Shown piece after piece: positions 49,456-64,000 of a DNA stretch of 64,000 nt (its first letter is position 1; the number at the start of each line of letters is the position of its first letter). The notes beneath the pieces were generated by a model. It worked only from the letters and a program-made list of their open reading frames with translations. It had not been told where the DNA came from and did not search any database. The translations under genes were made by a program, and so were the position numbers. Source of the stretch: Trichosphaerium sp. ATCC 40318 (lineage: Eukaryota > Protista > Tubulinea); assembly GCA_038496445.1 (NCBI GenBank), contig JALMLS010000418.1, positions 186,001 to 250,000 on the forward strand, written 5' to 3'.

Positions 49456-51366
49456 TTATACGTGTATAGATGTAGATACTATTTGATGAGGTGCCATGAG
49501 ATGTTCTACAAAAAACTAAGTTTTAACGAAATGTGCTTTTTTGGTTTTTTTTGTTCATTGAAATTAATACCTTGGTTGCTTGCAAAGTTCGTTTTTTGTT
49601 TTGTGAGGATATTTGTACTTGGATCAATATTAATATTTACATGTGGACAATAATATTTGATAGTTGCAGCAATACTGGCTTTATCACCTTTCCACCAGTA
49701 CGGTATTGGAATATAAACAATACCTTAAACATATTAGTCAGTTTTTGTTCCAAAGAAGTTTTTGTGCTACCGTTGTCCTCGCAGTACTGCATCTTTTCTA
49801 TATCGCGTGATTCACGTGATGTAACAGATAAACCTTCGTGGAAAATATGGTCCTTATAATGCTGTTCTCCTTCAGAAAGAGTGAGAAAAAACTATTATTG
49901 TACTCGTTACCTTGATATTCTATTGCGATATTATATTTTGGCACAAAAATATCAACAGTTATGTTTGTCTGTGAGTGAGCATTTCTTATATCTATCACAT
50001 GCTCTTCTAGTACCAAAACATCTTCAAAAATACTTTTTACACAGTAAAGGAGGATTCTGTATTAAAGGAGGTGAGTATTTTAGCATCTTAGAATTACCAA
50101 ACCTTTGTTCAGATTTTTTTGAGGTGTTTACAAACTTACTCCAATCCCAAGAATATATAGGATCAAGCAACTGCAAAGAACGTGGAAAATAGTGCATTGC
50201 TCCTCCTCCTAATCGAGCTACATCTTTTTTAGATACTCGATACCTTAATACTATTAGTGTGTCAAAAGTTGATTTTAGTACCATTGCGAATTTGAGTCTA
50301 TGTTCAATTCATCCCTAACTTTCCTCAAAAAGTCAATATGGCTTCTTTCTTGTTGCCAATGGCCATAAGGACTGTAAGAATTTTTAGGAGGCGTATAAGG
50401 TGCGTATAAAGCTGCAAGGCTCTTTGATAGAGAACCAAACCTAAGACAATGTAAGGTAAACAGGAATGTTAGTTTTGTTTTTGTGTACTTTGAAAAAATA
50501 TCTCCTGCGCCATATCTCTCAACTTCAGACCGACTAAAGTTATGCCAATCATTCAATGACTTTATGGACAGCTTTTTGGCTATAGAATCCAATCTAGCTC
50601 TTTGATTTTGTGCCCAAAAAGCGCGTTTCATCTCTTCTCTTTCTTGTTGCACAATGACATTTCTTGGTGCTGGAGTGGAATACTCTGTTTTGAGCGGTTT
50701 TGTTTCTTTCCAACTGTGTTCAGGATAAATACCTCTAAGGGCTGAAAGTAGGCAAAATCCGTATCTAAGAGCGATATTACAAAGAATACCATACCCACGT
50801 GACAGATTTCAAAACTTACTTTTTTAGAATGCCATCACCTCCACTTTTAGATATATCGTATCGGTGTACCTTTAGCCAACCGTTGAGGTGTGTTACACCA
50901 AGAACTTCAGCAATTTTGTTAAATCTATTCCGTTGAGTTTGAGTATCGTTAAGGTGATGCCTTGGAGCTGTACTAGATTGTTTTAATGGGTTGTTGTGAA
51001 AGTTAAACCGTACTTAAATTTTGAGTCCCGCCAAGCGTATTTTGGATATAACGCGCGTAAGGCACTCGAAATAGAGGAGTTATACCTAATATAGAGTTAA
51101 ACATCATATAATTGACTATGGGAGCATGCTTTGGCATTATACTGGCTATTCCAAGATGCCTCATGTCTTTATTTACATTATACCACCCTTCAAGATCTTT
51201 AATGTTCAGTTGGCGCGCAATGTCATCAAATCGCTGACGTTGATGCCTTACATTATTCCAGTAGCCTTTTGGAGTAGAACTACTCAATTAGCAACACCTT
51301 GAAACTAAATACATACCTCCTATACGTGAGGGGATACTCACGCGCTCCGCCAACTACATAACGCAT
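49456..51366 (-). CDS. Helical-repeat protein (4 x ~70 aa) with a C-terminal PD-(D/E)XK / RAP-like nuclease domain
   Basis: Repeats of form (G/F)xW...QRxxFDxIAxxLxIxxLxxWxxV...LxxxYP; C-terminus VDIFVPKYNIAIEYQGEQHY...RDIEK...IPIPYWW. Confidence 0.8.
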
Positions 51367-51538
51367 AATATACACATTTTGCGTCTTTCATAGAAGTCAA
51401 ACAAATACAAACATTGGCCAACTTTCCAGCTGTAAAAAATTAACACACAACGTTTTCTACAACATTTTGGTGTAAAACAATCGTGTTTACCGTATTTTCA
51501 ACAACTTCGCGACTGTCAAAAAGGTAACTCACCTCCAA

Positions 51539-52975
<1,437 letters not shown>

Positions 52976-53190
52976 ATAAAACTTAGTGCTGAAATACCTT
53001 TTTGGTAATCAATTTCATTTTAGTAAAGTTCATTAATCGTTTACAATGCTGCGTTTACAATAAATCATAGCATGTCTACATTTATTCTCGTCAAAATGTA
53101 TGGTGACATGTGCCATTGTTTTTGTCGCTTAAACTGTTTAAGGCGCACTCCGAATCATTTAAAGAGGCGTACGAACTAACTGGGGCAAGT

Positions 53191-56100
53191 ATGAAGATAT
53201 TAACTGGCTTTGCACTGCTCAGCTTGCTTTTTATTGTTGTTGCAACGGTATGACTAAAAAGTAACCCAAAAGTACTCATAACATTACAGGTAGACCTAAC
53301 TATAAGTAAATTTGATAGCTCAGTCAAAAATGTCGTTACAACAAGCGAGGTTCGTCCGTAGACTCCTAAAAATCCACGCTTACGCCGTTAGATGTCGCTC
53401 GTACTATTACATAGCGGTAAAGTTTACAAAAGTGAAAACACCACAAGCTGGACTCAGGTAACGTAGAAATGTGTTATATGCATTTAATAATAACCTTAGG
53501 TCAATGTTACAACCAAAATAACCCAAATATTAACCGATAATGAAGACGTGTTACTTGTAGGTACGATTTATTGCTGCGATTATCGTAAAATGACAACCAC
53601 GCGATTAATCTGAAAAAATCAGCATCTCTACAGTTTTCTTCGTCTGGTAGGCACTAACAGCTTTAAAGGCAACGCGACAATGTATCGGTCTACAGTATGC
53701 ACAAATTGCAGCGGTTGGACGGATGTAAAAACTGGTTGGACACCGCTGAAGGTAAAGAAATCAAGTTTTTCACATAAAAGTGAAATTCCCCAATCTTTGC
53801 TAAAACCTATTGTTAGATAACTCCCCACCCAGAAAACGCAAATTGGTTGTTAGCTGTAGGAGAGACTAAGGATTGTTCTAAACTAGCATCAGACAAAACA
53901 TGTTTTGCACGTGTAAGTAGAAACTAAATGAATCATTTTTGAAATTAAACTCCTTTTCTAGGCCTACAAATCTAAGGACTTGGGTCTCACGTGGCTGACT
54001 ATAGATGCAGAATATGTAGTAAAAGCGTACTGGCAGAAATCAGACTACACTAATGTTATTGTGCAAGAAACAGCTGAAAAGCTTGGAAATTGGTATCAGC
54101 AGCGTAACTTCATTGTGCGCCTTGTGTACGTTCTTTAAATATTTTTTGAAGCTGACACTAATTGTAATTTTGTAGTGCACAAGGAGGATCTTCTAAAAAT
54201 CCTGGTAAGATTATAATCACAGATGTCCTTGGCGCAGATTATGACTTTGATTCCAAGGTCTTATTGGTGTACAAAAAGGCACGTGCACCATTCGCTCTAA
54301 CCAAGGAATATTACTTACATTTTCTTAGAATACTGATGGCACTGTTTCTATTCACGTTAGCGGTGTTAAATATGCTGCACACCGATTCGAACCAGCGGAT
54401 TGGCTAGTAGCTAACGTTACTGCAAACATAAAGCCTGACAATTTCAAAGTCATTCACCCAGGAAAAGACTTTATACTTGGTGTTTACGGTGATAAAGGTG
54501 GTGAGATTTTCATTGGTGATTACCACTTCCAAAAGTATTATTTCTTGCCAATGCTTCAAAATGTCAGTTGTAAAGCTTCTGGATCGTGTCGTATTATACC
54601 TATGGCTGGAATGAAGGGTGTTTATGCCGTAAATCAAGTCCTTGATAAAGAGGTAAAGTCTTTTTTTTTGCAATGTTTTTCGTCTTTTTTTTTCCCTTCT
54701 GCTTTGATTTGAAAGCTTGTGCTTGTTTATTTTAATGTTAATTTAGACCTCCACTGTATTAACTACAAATGGTGGTGGTTTATGGGATAAAACAAAGATA
54801 ACAGGAGAAGGTTGTTTTACAACACTTCATACAGCTTGTGATTGCAGCTATGATGGTATACTAACTCGTGAGGATGCTCCTGGTATTGCATTAGCTAATG
54901 GAAAGAATACTTGCCCAAAAGAGGAATCAGATGAAATGAAAACGCTTATATCAACGTACGAGCTTCCTCTAGCATTTTTTTTTTTTGATGAAAACCATTT
55001 GATCAATAACAAGAAAAAATCAAGAAAATCTTGCTTTGCGTTTATCGTTTGCAGTTTGTTTTAACTGTTTTGATACAGGGAGAACGGTGTATCTTGGAAA
55101 ACACTTTTTGATTATGGATCCCGTTTCGCTATGTCAAGGTTTGGTGAACTTATTGTTGCATCTGCTGCAAAGAACAACTCTGGAATTATATCGTAAGAAA
55201 AAACACATCCAAATTGAAAGAAATGCTAACATCAATTATAGTTGGTCTTGGAGTCGAGGTGCAGACTGGAGGACTGTAGAATCCCCTATTCTAGTTGGTG
55301 CTTCTACTTCTAAGATTTTAGCCATCAAAGAAACAGCAGACTACTATCAATACGTAGTTTATGGTACCCTGTAAGCTCGGTTTTCTTTTTTTTTTTGAAT
55401 TAAACGATCTATGATTTACAAGTATCTTAGAAAGAATGGTACTGGTTTCACTACATTCCTTAACATATCTACACCATCACCATGTAAAATGCCACCAGCT
55501 TGGCCTGTATATATGAGTATTGAGAGTGATAATGTACGTTGAATTATAATTTGTAAGCTGCGTAGCTAACAGTTGTAGTGTATCTCTGGAGCACATAGGT
55601 ACTGGAAACGGCGTAGAAATGAAGAGGTTTGTTTTACTCCTATTGGACAAGAGTTGAATACCCTACCACCAAGCTTATGTAAATGTGAGCAACATGATTA
55701 CCTATGGTGTGTTTTTTGTGAGTTTTTTTCGAAAAACTTTATTAATTGATTATCACTCAGCGATACTTGCTTTGAAATGGATGGAAACAGGACATGTATT
55801 CTAAACAAGTCTATTCCTGGATGTGAACATATCTTACAAGAGCCTCCAGCTCTTTGTAATGACACGTGGACACTCCATTCAGGTACTTACTTATTTTTGT
55901 TTTGCTTAAACAACAAACGCTTGTTAACTTTTCTTTCTTTTTTTAGGTTATGTCCCAGCTCCACGTTCTGATTGCTCTGGCGGTGTAAAGTATTCTACTG
56001 AACAAGTTATTGTATGCCCTATCACACCTACTACTGGTATACAGCTGCAACTTTTAAGTTATCTTGTATTAACTTTGTTATTTAGCGCCTACATTTAACT

Positions 56101-57095
56101 TATCAACTTCTTGCGCAACTGCACTTCAATTGCTTAACTCAAGTGCTACGTTCCGCTCACTCCAGGCATCTTACAATGCTTCTATGGAAGCTTGTATTGC
56201 TGAAGCGCCAACCACCTACTCTTCGTCTGGTAAGCATTGAAACCCTCCGTGGTTTTTTTTTTGGGATTTGAGAAAGAAGTTTTTTGCTTTGTCCCTTCTT
56301 GGTTTTTGAGGCTTGTTTTATTTAATTCACAATCACGTTAATTGCTGTTAGGAACACATAATGTCCATTGTAAAATGTCAACAAAGGATTATGAAAAATC
56401 TTGCGCTGGAAAGGAGTCTCCTATTGATGCTACTTTTTGTGAGCAAAGATTTAGCATAAATAGTTTTATGGATGTTCGTGGACATAGAGAGTCTGTTACA
56501 TATGATATTAGTACATACATATGTTTACCAAAAGCTTGCAGAGTACGTAGATAGTCTGTTTTTCCTCCTTTCTCCAAGTGGAGCCTTTTTTTTTCTGAAG
56601 CAAAGATATTTACCTGGTTTGCCTTTTTTACTGTTCTTGTTCTGATCCACCTTGGTTAGGGCGATCAAGATGAGGGATTGCTAAAGACATACTTCATTGA
56701 AAAATATAAGAATGAGAATGCAACAGCTGAAGCAGAGCAGCGTACGCGACATAAGGCTGGAATTGATTGATTTTTTATACTTTTTGTTGTTGGTTTTTTT
56801 TTTCTGGAATTCTTTCTTTGTGTTTTCTGCTCTTAACTTCTTTTATTAGTTTGTTTCCCGCCGAATTCGTGTAGTATTAAATATGTTTGTTCAAAGTTAA
56901 ATACTTCTCTTGGTCTATGGATAGGTACTGACGAGAAACAAATAAAAACCTTATTCTGTTTTCTTCTTTTTTTTTTGCTGAACTAATTTTTCAGGTTTGC
57001 CTATTATGATTTTGGTTGTATTCGCTATTGGAGGTGGTTTATTATACTGGAAGTATAAAACAACTAGTGAATCAAATGATATCGAGTTCGCCTAA
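53191..57095 (+). CDS. Vps10/sortilin-domain type I membrane receptor with an extra Cys-rich juxtamembrane domain
   Basis: Signal peptide MKILTGFALLSLLFIVVA; Asp-box repeats SKDLGLTW, TTNGGGLW, STENGVSW, SRGADW; 10CC-like CISGAHRYWKRR...CKCEQHDYLCD; TM segment and short tail. Confidence 0.8.
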
Positions 57096-57235
57096 AAAAA
57101 AACAAGTGTAAACAAAGTATTGTTGTATGTAATATACTTGGCTTTTGAAAAATACAAAGGAAGAGCTTTTTTTTCACTTTCCAATATTTACGCTACTAAC
57201 ATTTACGTAACACCCTACAAGAACAGATTTATACA

Positions 57236-58170
57236 CCAGAATCTGGATTTTTGCTGAGTCGTTATTTAAGTTTGTTGAATCTCGCCCCACAGTGATCCCA
57301 TTATTTATTATGAGCTCGAAAGAACCTCCTATCCGTTAAGTGTATGCGCCAGAACCAGTGTAGAAACTTGGTCGGGGTTGTTTAAAAGTGAGTAAAGAAT
57401 ATTAATTGTATTCACTGAACTGTTTTTGGTCAACATGAAATCATATTCATAACAACCAACACACATAACAACGTGGCTTACCTAAACACGAACAAAAAAA
57501 CCAACAATGACTCAACAACCACAAACATCTACTACTTCACCAGTCCGTGTCACAATCCAGTTTGACATTGAACAAGAACAAATTTCATCTACACTCAACA
57601 AAGTTCTCACTTGTGGTGTTCAAGTCGGTCCAATATCAATACAAAACGTACACCCTATATCCGTAAAAAACGTACGTCAACCATCCAGGGTTTAAAATAA
57701 TATCTCACTCCTAATTAGTTATCGGATAAACCCTCGACTAAACAAGAAAACGATATAGAAGCATGTGACGATCAAGAGTTCGATAGCACAGAATCAAGCG
57801 ACACCGACGATAGTGAATCGAGCGACAATCTGCATTCTGAAAACAACTTTGATCTTATCAGTAAAATTAGTAAGTGCCCTAGATTCCTCAAACGTGTCCC
57901 AGAGGATAAGCGAGAACAATGGATCAAAGCAATACTACAACTCCAATCTGAAGGATACAAGAGATGGAGACAATGTCTCAACACAATGATCAAAGTCGGC
58001 TTCTCAGGTGACGTTCAACAAGTGATCAATGCAATGGAGGAACAGAAAGCATTTCGCATCCATAAAAGACAAGAACGCTCAGAACACAGAGCTTCTAAAC
58101 GTAAACAATTTGCCAACAAGCGTCCTCAAAGACATGCCAACAAATTCAAAAACAAGCATGCTCAGAAGAG
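57236..58170 (+). repeat. Inverted duplication, arm B (partner ~44350-45273)
   Basis: Reverse-complement match to arm A, including upstream non-coding DNA. Confidence 0.9.
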
Positions 58171-58213
58171 AATGAGGCAAGCACGTGATAACAAACGTGA
58201 TCAACTTCCTTAG
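57507..58213 (+). CDS. Hypothetical UBA-like-domain protein (copy B)
   Basis: Same intron position as copy A; open frame to TAG at 58211-58213. Confidence 0.75.
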
Positions 58214-59076
58214 TCCTAAAGTTTAGTATTGCTCTCTTGTACAAAAAAATAAAACAAAATTGATCTACACATGTGGCGTTTTCTTTAGTGACCATTTGCG
58301 CTGTTGTACTTGACGTATCTAAGCAATTGATTTAAGACGCGTTAGCTTATGATAACTTCCATATTCCTCAAATTTTCGCGCAACAAAAATAGTGGCCTTA
58401 ACAAAAAAGTGTACACTCATCACTTTGTATCACAAAAATAATACCACCAGAAACAAGCATGTGCCAGTAGTTTTATTAGTTTAACACCCAGTGTATATAC
58501 GTAGCAAACTCCGGTGTAAAGTTAAAGCTATAGCTATAGGTTTGGCTGCGCGTGTCTTTTACCAGTTGTACAATTAAATATCCCGCTATTCCTCCTTTTT
58601 TGCGAGTTTTGAGCATATTGGGAAGTACCCAAGGAGTTAAGAAGGTAACTGTTATACATTGGTTTGACCAAAAAACGTTTGTTTTACAAAATCCGTATGT
58701 GAAACCAAAATAGTAAGATATGTACACTCACACCATTCTGAGATGGGTAAGTGTTTTTTACCCAAATAACATACACACTCCGGTTCTTTTCTAGTTGCGC
58801 AAATACGAGGTCACTATAAACCCAAAAACAAACAGTTTGAGGTGCAAACAGTTGGTATTTATTTTCTTGCTTAATTATTCAATACAATTCTTTAGATTCT
58901 TTTTTCTTCGCCTTTGGCGACTTCATACTGCATGATCTTTCGAGTCTCGAAGTTCATCCCGAAGAGTGGCGCTTCTCCACCCATTAACCCGTCAAAAGTT
59001 GTTTTCGGTTTCCCGAAAAAAAACACGTGATTTTTTCGTGGATCTTCTATTTTCAGATAAAGCACTTCCGTAAAAC

Positions 59077-59570
59077 TTATGGTTTTGAAAGGCGCCTTCG
59101 TTTGCTAGATAGTGCTCTTACTGCTCTTTTCGCTCTCTTCCATCGGCTTGGTGCAGTGGGAGCTGCTCTAACTCTGTTGTGACGCATTGTCTGCATTCTT
59201 GGGGTGTAAAGGTTCGGGTAAACGCAAAGAGTACTGTGCTCCGGTAATACATCACTGAGTAACGAACTTTCGTTTACTGGCCCATTACTGCTTAAGACAT
59301 ATCGTGAGTTTCTAGGAGGATACTAGGAGCAAATGTTAGTACTTGAAGAGATGCAAAACAAAAAAAACAGTGAAAGGTAATACGTACTTTGATGAGACGG
59401 ATAGATATTACCAAGTCCATACAATCCATGTTTCTTAGGTTTTCTTCTATCACATCATAGAGCACGCGTTGGTCATTGTTACCAACCTTTATTTTAAAAG
59501 GTGTCTTACTGAGTAGTTTACCATGCTCATTGGCGTAGTAGATGTACATTTTTCTTTGTTGTGAAGGCAT
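59077..59570 (-). CDS. Hypothetical protein, both ends uncertain
   Basis: MPSQQRKMYIYY...IRLIK splices in frame to YPPRNSRYVLSSNG...; may extend further at either end. Confidence 0.4.
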
Positions 59571-60258
59571 TGCGAGTGAGATGTTGCTTGCTTTGTACTA
59601 CTTACAGAATATGTCTTACTTTTGGTAAGTTTTCTTGGCACGTTGCACAACCCCGAGGAGTAGATGTGTGATTTGCTATCGGGTAATTGAACGACGAAAG
59701 AAGTTTTCATATGTGACGTATCTGCGCTTTCTAATAAACCTTGCTTGAACCTGTTTTTAGAACTGACTCGAAAGAAAATAATGGCGAGATTTTTTTCTAT
59801 ACGGTATTTCCCCGCCATGCTTCGGGGAGGTAGCCAATGAGCTATTTTGAGAGGGAAGGTAACGCTTGCTGCCGCTAGTTCCTTGTACGTCCATCGTTTG
59901 CAGTAGTAGGCGTTTGTGAAAAGAACGCAGATACTTCCATTCAGCCTTTCGAGATTACGATACCATGGCGTTACCTACGCTCGTTATAAGCCTAAAACGA
60001 TTTTTTGGAAAACTTCAAAGCATGCGTACACGAACTGCGTCGGTTTTAGCGCTAGCGTACTAGAAAAAGCCCAGAACGACGTGTCAATACAAAAACTAAA
60101 GGCTTTAGTAGCAGCCAATAGCGCTAGCTTTTATGCACATTACTTTACGCTAATACGTATTCGTAGTACAGAAAAAATTATGTTAACGGTTCTTGATTCA
60201 ACCAAACAATATTTCGTACTGTATTGTTCTACATTAGTCAAACTACCTTAGAGCTATA

Positions 60259-61137
60259 ATGAGTTGGGGTATGTGACTCTAATTAACTAATACACAACCG
60301 TTTTGTTAAAAAAAACTGTAGACGACGATGATTTTAATCCTATTACGCCTTTCGGTGCGCAACCTGGTATAGCTGTTCAAGAAGACACTGTTCCTTCAAA
60401 CTGGGACGATGAAGAGGAAGAAGAAGTCGATTGGGAAGCAAAAGCTGCGCCAGTAGTTGTAAGAGCGCCTGGTGAGAAAGCAGCAAAGCTAGCAGCGAAA
60501 AATGCCGCAAAAGAGAAAGCAAGACAAGAGAAAGAAAGAATAAAAGCTGAAGAGTCGAGGGTTCTATCGGCCGCCGAACGCGCTGAAGCAGCTGAAAAGG
60601 CTGATTACGAATTATTGGAAGAAGCATTCCTTGGTGAAACCAGCGCACCTAGTGAAGTCGCAGCAGTGCCAAAAGCCAAGAAAACACTTGAAACAAAAGC
60701 TGATTTTGAACAATACGCAACAGAAATCGCTGAAACGGCGCGAGTCATTGACGTACAACACTAAAACACCAAATACATTATACTGACGCGTAATTTAGGC
60801 AAAATTTTATTACAAAGACTTTGTAAAAACACTCATCAAAGAATTACTAGTAGATATGCGCTCAACTGATATAAAAGAAATTAATACAGCACTTACAGTG
60901 TTAATGAACGAAAAAATGAAAAAAGAAAAAGGGAAAAAAGGACGGTGTACGCACAACAAATTGAATCAATTATGCTTTTTTTCGCCTCTTCATTGATTTA
61001 AACACTTACTAACGCATTAAATAGCAAAAAAGAAGATTGACAAGCGTGAAATTAAACAAGCTGATGATGACATGGATGGAGATATGGTAAAAGGAGAGTT
61101 CTCTAGATATGAGGATGATTTTGCCGATTTCATGTAG
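60259..61137 (+). CDS. EIF3J: Eukaryotic translation initiation factor 3 subunit J
   Basis: MSWDDDDF start (10-nt first coding exon); WDDEEEEE; AEKADYE; TKADFEQY; C-terminal FADFM*. Confidence 0.9.
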
Positions 61138-61383
61138 ATGATATTTACAATGTGTCACTTTTAAACAAAATGTCATTTTTTTGAGTACAACGTGTTGTTA
61201 ACCTCTTTTCCTTTCCTTGGATATTATAAAATCGCCTTTATTTGTTGTTTATGCTCTGTTTTGTTGATAGTGTCAAAGCCAATTTGTGAACAAGCCTTTC
61301 GAGAAACGCCAAATTGTTAAGTGCGAAGTCTACTTTTCTTAGCTCAATTGATCGCAAAGTAACGCCAGTTATACCTTTGGTGC

Positions 61384-64000
61384 ATGGCTAGGCGATCAGC
61401 CGGCGACGTAGTGCGAAATGTTAGAGAAGCTGTTGAAGGCACCTAGTTTGCAGAGTTCTTGCGTCTGATTAATGTGTAGATCTCTGCGAGGAGTACAAAG
61501 AAAATACAGTCGCTTTTACAGACGGTGTAGCCATAAATCGCCTCTGCTATTATCTAGAGCAGATACTCAATGATGGGCTTAAAGGTAAGCAAAGTAGATT
61601 GTGCACAATAATGACAGCCGACAGCGAAGGGCTTATTTGGGCGTACACTTGCTTGGCAATGGTTAAAACGACTTCCGTCATGCCTACCAGGTCTGTTTTC
61701 TACTTTTGCTTATAAATAGCCACTGATAGCTCAATAGGCACTAACAAGTTTGTCGAAAAATGCAAGAGAGCTCAATCAAACGATTTAGGTACGTTTTAAA
61801 TAATGTTTTATTATTTTTTTGTAACAATCATATCCCAGGTCGTGGTAGAGCGTTTATTCGCTTAGCATTAAACGATAAGGTACATACAAATCAAATCCTT
61901 CCATAATTATCGAAGTTCTATTGTACCAGCGTTCTAATTCGCTCATATTTTTTTCTAGGCTCTAAGTGAATATATTGGTGCGTAGAAGAGTGAATGGCAG
62001 CAATCAACAACAAAAAAAAATTTCTTGACACTTTGCCATGACCATTCTGACGCACTTGTAGAAGCGATGTGTTGGTCTTCTACTCTACCAAATTTTTATG
62101 TACCAGATAGTGTCATTAGAGACGAAGAACACTCTCCAACACTTCTTTCAGTTCTAGAGAAGACCAAACATATGGAATTTAATTTAGACGGTTCTGATCC
62201 TAAGCTAAGCAGAGAGGACTATTGGAGTCACAAAATATTACATGGCCCAGGGCAAGTACAAAGAAACTACACCATTAATTTCCAAACACATTTTTTTTTA
62301 CATCCAAGCGTTTTAACATTTGTTTTAGGTCTTCACGCAAGTTGATTTCTCTTGCTGCCGCTCAGAAGCTAGTAGATGCAGAGAATGAAGCAAAACTAAA
62401 CAGATCACAAAGTGCTAATAGGCAGATTCCTCAAACTGGCTTTATGATAACACCAGCATCTTCTGTAGCGAACTCTGCATCAACAGGACCAAATTCTCCA
62501 GTGCCAATGCCACCAACTGATAGTGAAGCGCCAGAGGACTTGGAAGCACTCAAAGCTCAACTAGAACAGGCACAACGCGCTTTAGTTGATATACAGGACT
62601 CAAAGGATGGCGTTGAAGGATCAGAAGAAGCACAACGTGCTTTAAAGTCTATTAAAGCTGAAGGAGATGATTTACCGCAGCCTAAGAAGTTAGAATCCCT
62701 TATCAAAGTTAACGATGTACCTCCTATGGATGAAACCCTTCCTGACGAATTGCGTCTTTTGTATGATATGCTTGTAGAAGCTACAAGTGGAGAACACTTA
62801 CCTTCACCTGATCAAGGCCTCACTGTTTATGAGAATAGCAGTAAAGCCTTAGAGATTGCGCTAGACGATATTTTTCACCATCAACTTCGTGGTACGATTG
62901 TTTAGCCATGTTACCTCATTTTATTTGTTAATTTATTTGCTCCTTAGATAGCTTTTTCGCACTTCCATCGCTTTGGACAGTAATTTCTGCTGTGTCTGCT
63001 ACACTACCTGTACTAAGAGAGCTTAAAGATCAACTAAAGAAGTCTTATAGTTTGGAAACACCAAACGGAAAGTACGCAACACTTTATTTTTTACGAGTCC
63101 TTTCTTCTTTTATCTCACTATGAATTCTATAAAGATTGCGTGGTTTAGTGAGAATGATGCTAAATAATGGAAATCTTGAGGTTGTATTGAGTCACGTGCT
63201 CAAACATACAGATCTGTTAAAGTAAGTCGAACGAAGCTTTATTTTTGCTCAGCGGAGCTCTTTTTTTTGTCCGCTAACACGTAGCAAAGGAAGGAATATA
63301 AGGACACAGCGTTTTTATTATCGTCTTTGGCATGTAAAAAAATGTTGGAGGTTTTAAGACCTCTTTCTCGCTTGAAATTTCAGTTGAAGATTTTTTCAGG
63401 GTGAGTTGGTTTTTTTTTACGTTTCTGCTTACTTGGTAGATTGTAATGTGTTTTTCGTAGACTAGATAAGGTCAATGCTTTCCTAACTGAGGCTGAAGTG
63501 AAAGCAAAACATATTGTAGATAAAGAAACACTTGCGAAGCGTAAGAGCAGGAGGAGAAGGAAAAAAAAATCTGTAATGATTTTGGATGAAAATGGAGACA
63601 ACCCACAGGACATGTTCTCACCACAGAAACCTTCACCGTATATATACAACAGTCACGATACACCACCAAAATCTCTGGACCCTGTGGAAGAATCACCTGC
63701 CACACCATCCCCAGAGATTGAGAACAGTGTTCGTACTCCAACAGAGTACGAGGCGCCAAGCAAAAACCCATTTGGTACTGCGACTAAAAGACCGAAACAA
63801 ACCTAATTCTATTTTGTTTCAGATGACGATTTTGGTGAGCCAGAAGAACCTACATTTGAAGCTAATACTGTGAATGGATTTGCACCTGAACGTATAGACA
63901 ATGAAGTCCGTGAAGTAAACAAGAGTGATGAAGGTGAAGAAGATGATTGTGAAAATACTCAACCACTTGAGATTCCAAGAAATACATTTAGATACGATAT
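61384..64000 (+). CDS. Protein with two RUN domains, truncated by the window end
   Basis: RUN1 LCYYLEQILNDGLK...GRGRAFIRLALNDK...FY; RUN2 ALDDIFHHQLR...GKLRGLVRMMLNNGNLE; followed by an acidic low-complexity region. Confidence 0.8.

Noticed and set aside
59916-60251. 111-aa plus-strand ORF before eIF3j
   Set aside because: Starts at GTG, has no motif, and lies in a probable promoter region.

Overview
AT-rich (~35% GC by eye), gene-dense eukaryotic nuclear DNA using the standard code. It has many short spliceosomal introns (mostly ~35-130 nt; GTAAGT/GTACGT-type donors, CTAAC/CTGAC-like branch points, YAG or AAG acceptors). Gene style suggests a free-living protist, plausibly an amoebozoan (inference). 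About 26 genes were reconstructed by hand-splicing. Recognisable ones are SZT2, a USP47-like deubiquitinase, an F-box/LRR protein, NADP-IDH, TSR1, a ZIP metal transporter, kinesin-8, PDCD5, threonine dehydrogenase, a Vps10/sortilin receptor, eIF3j and a tandem-RUN protein. The most unusual items are: (1) an RGS-RGS-AIF/FSP1-like-NmrA-like fusion with degenerate nucleotide-binding motifs; (2) a 2OG-Fe(II) oxygenase fused through an LKLSGG|MQIFV polyubiquitin-like junction to a ubiquitin lacking its terminal RGG; (3) an intronless, bacterial-looking beta-helix gene with a eukaryotic anchor tail and a 1-nt frameshift; (4) a helical-repeat plus PD-(D/E)XK/RAP-like nuclease gene built by exon duplication; (5) ~1 kb inverted paralogues bracketing 12 kb; (6) about eight GC-AG introns; (7) a candidate structured ncRNA. 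No tRNA, rRNA, CRISPR array or transposase was seen. Family calls come from motif recognition, not database searches. Gene coordinates span introns.
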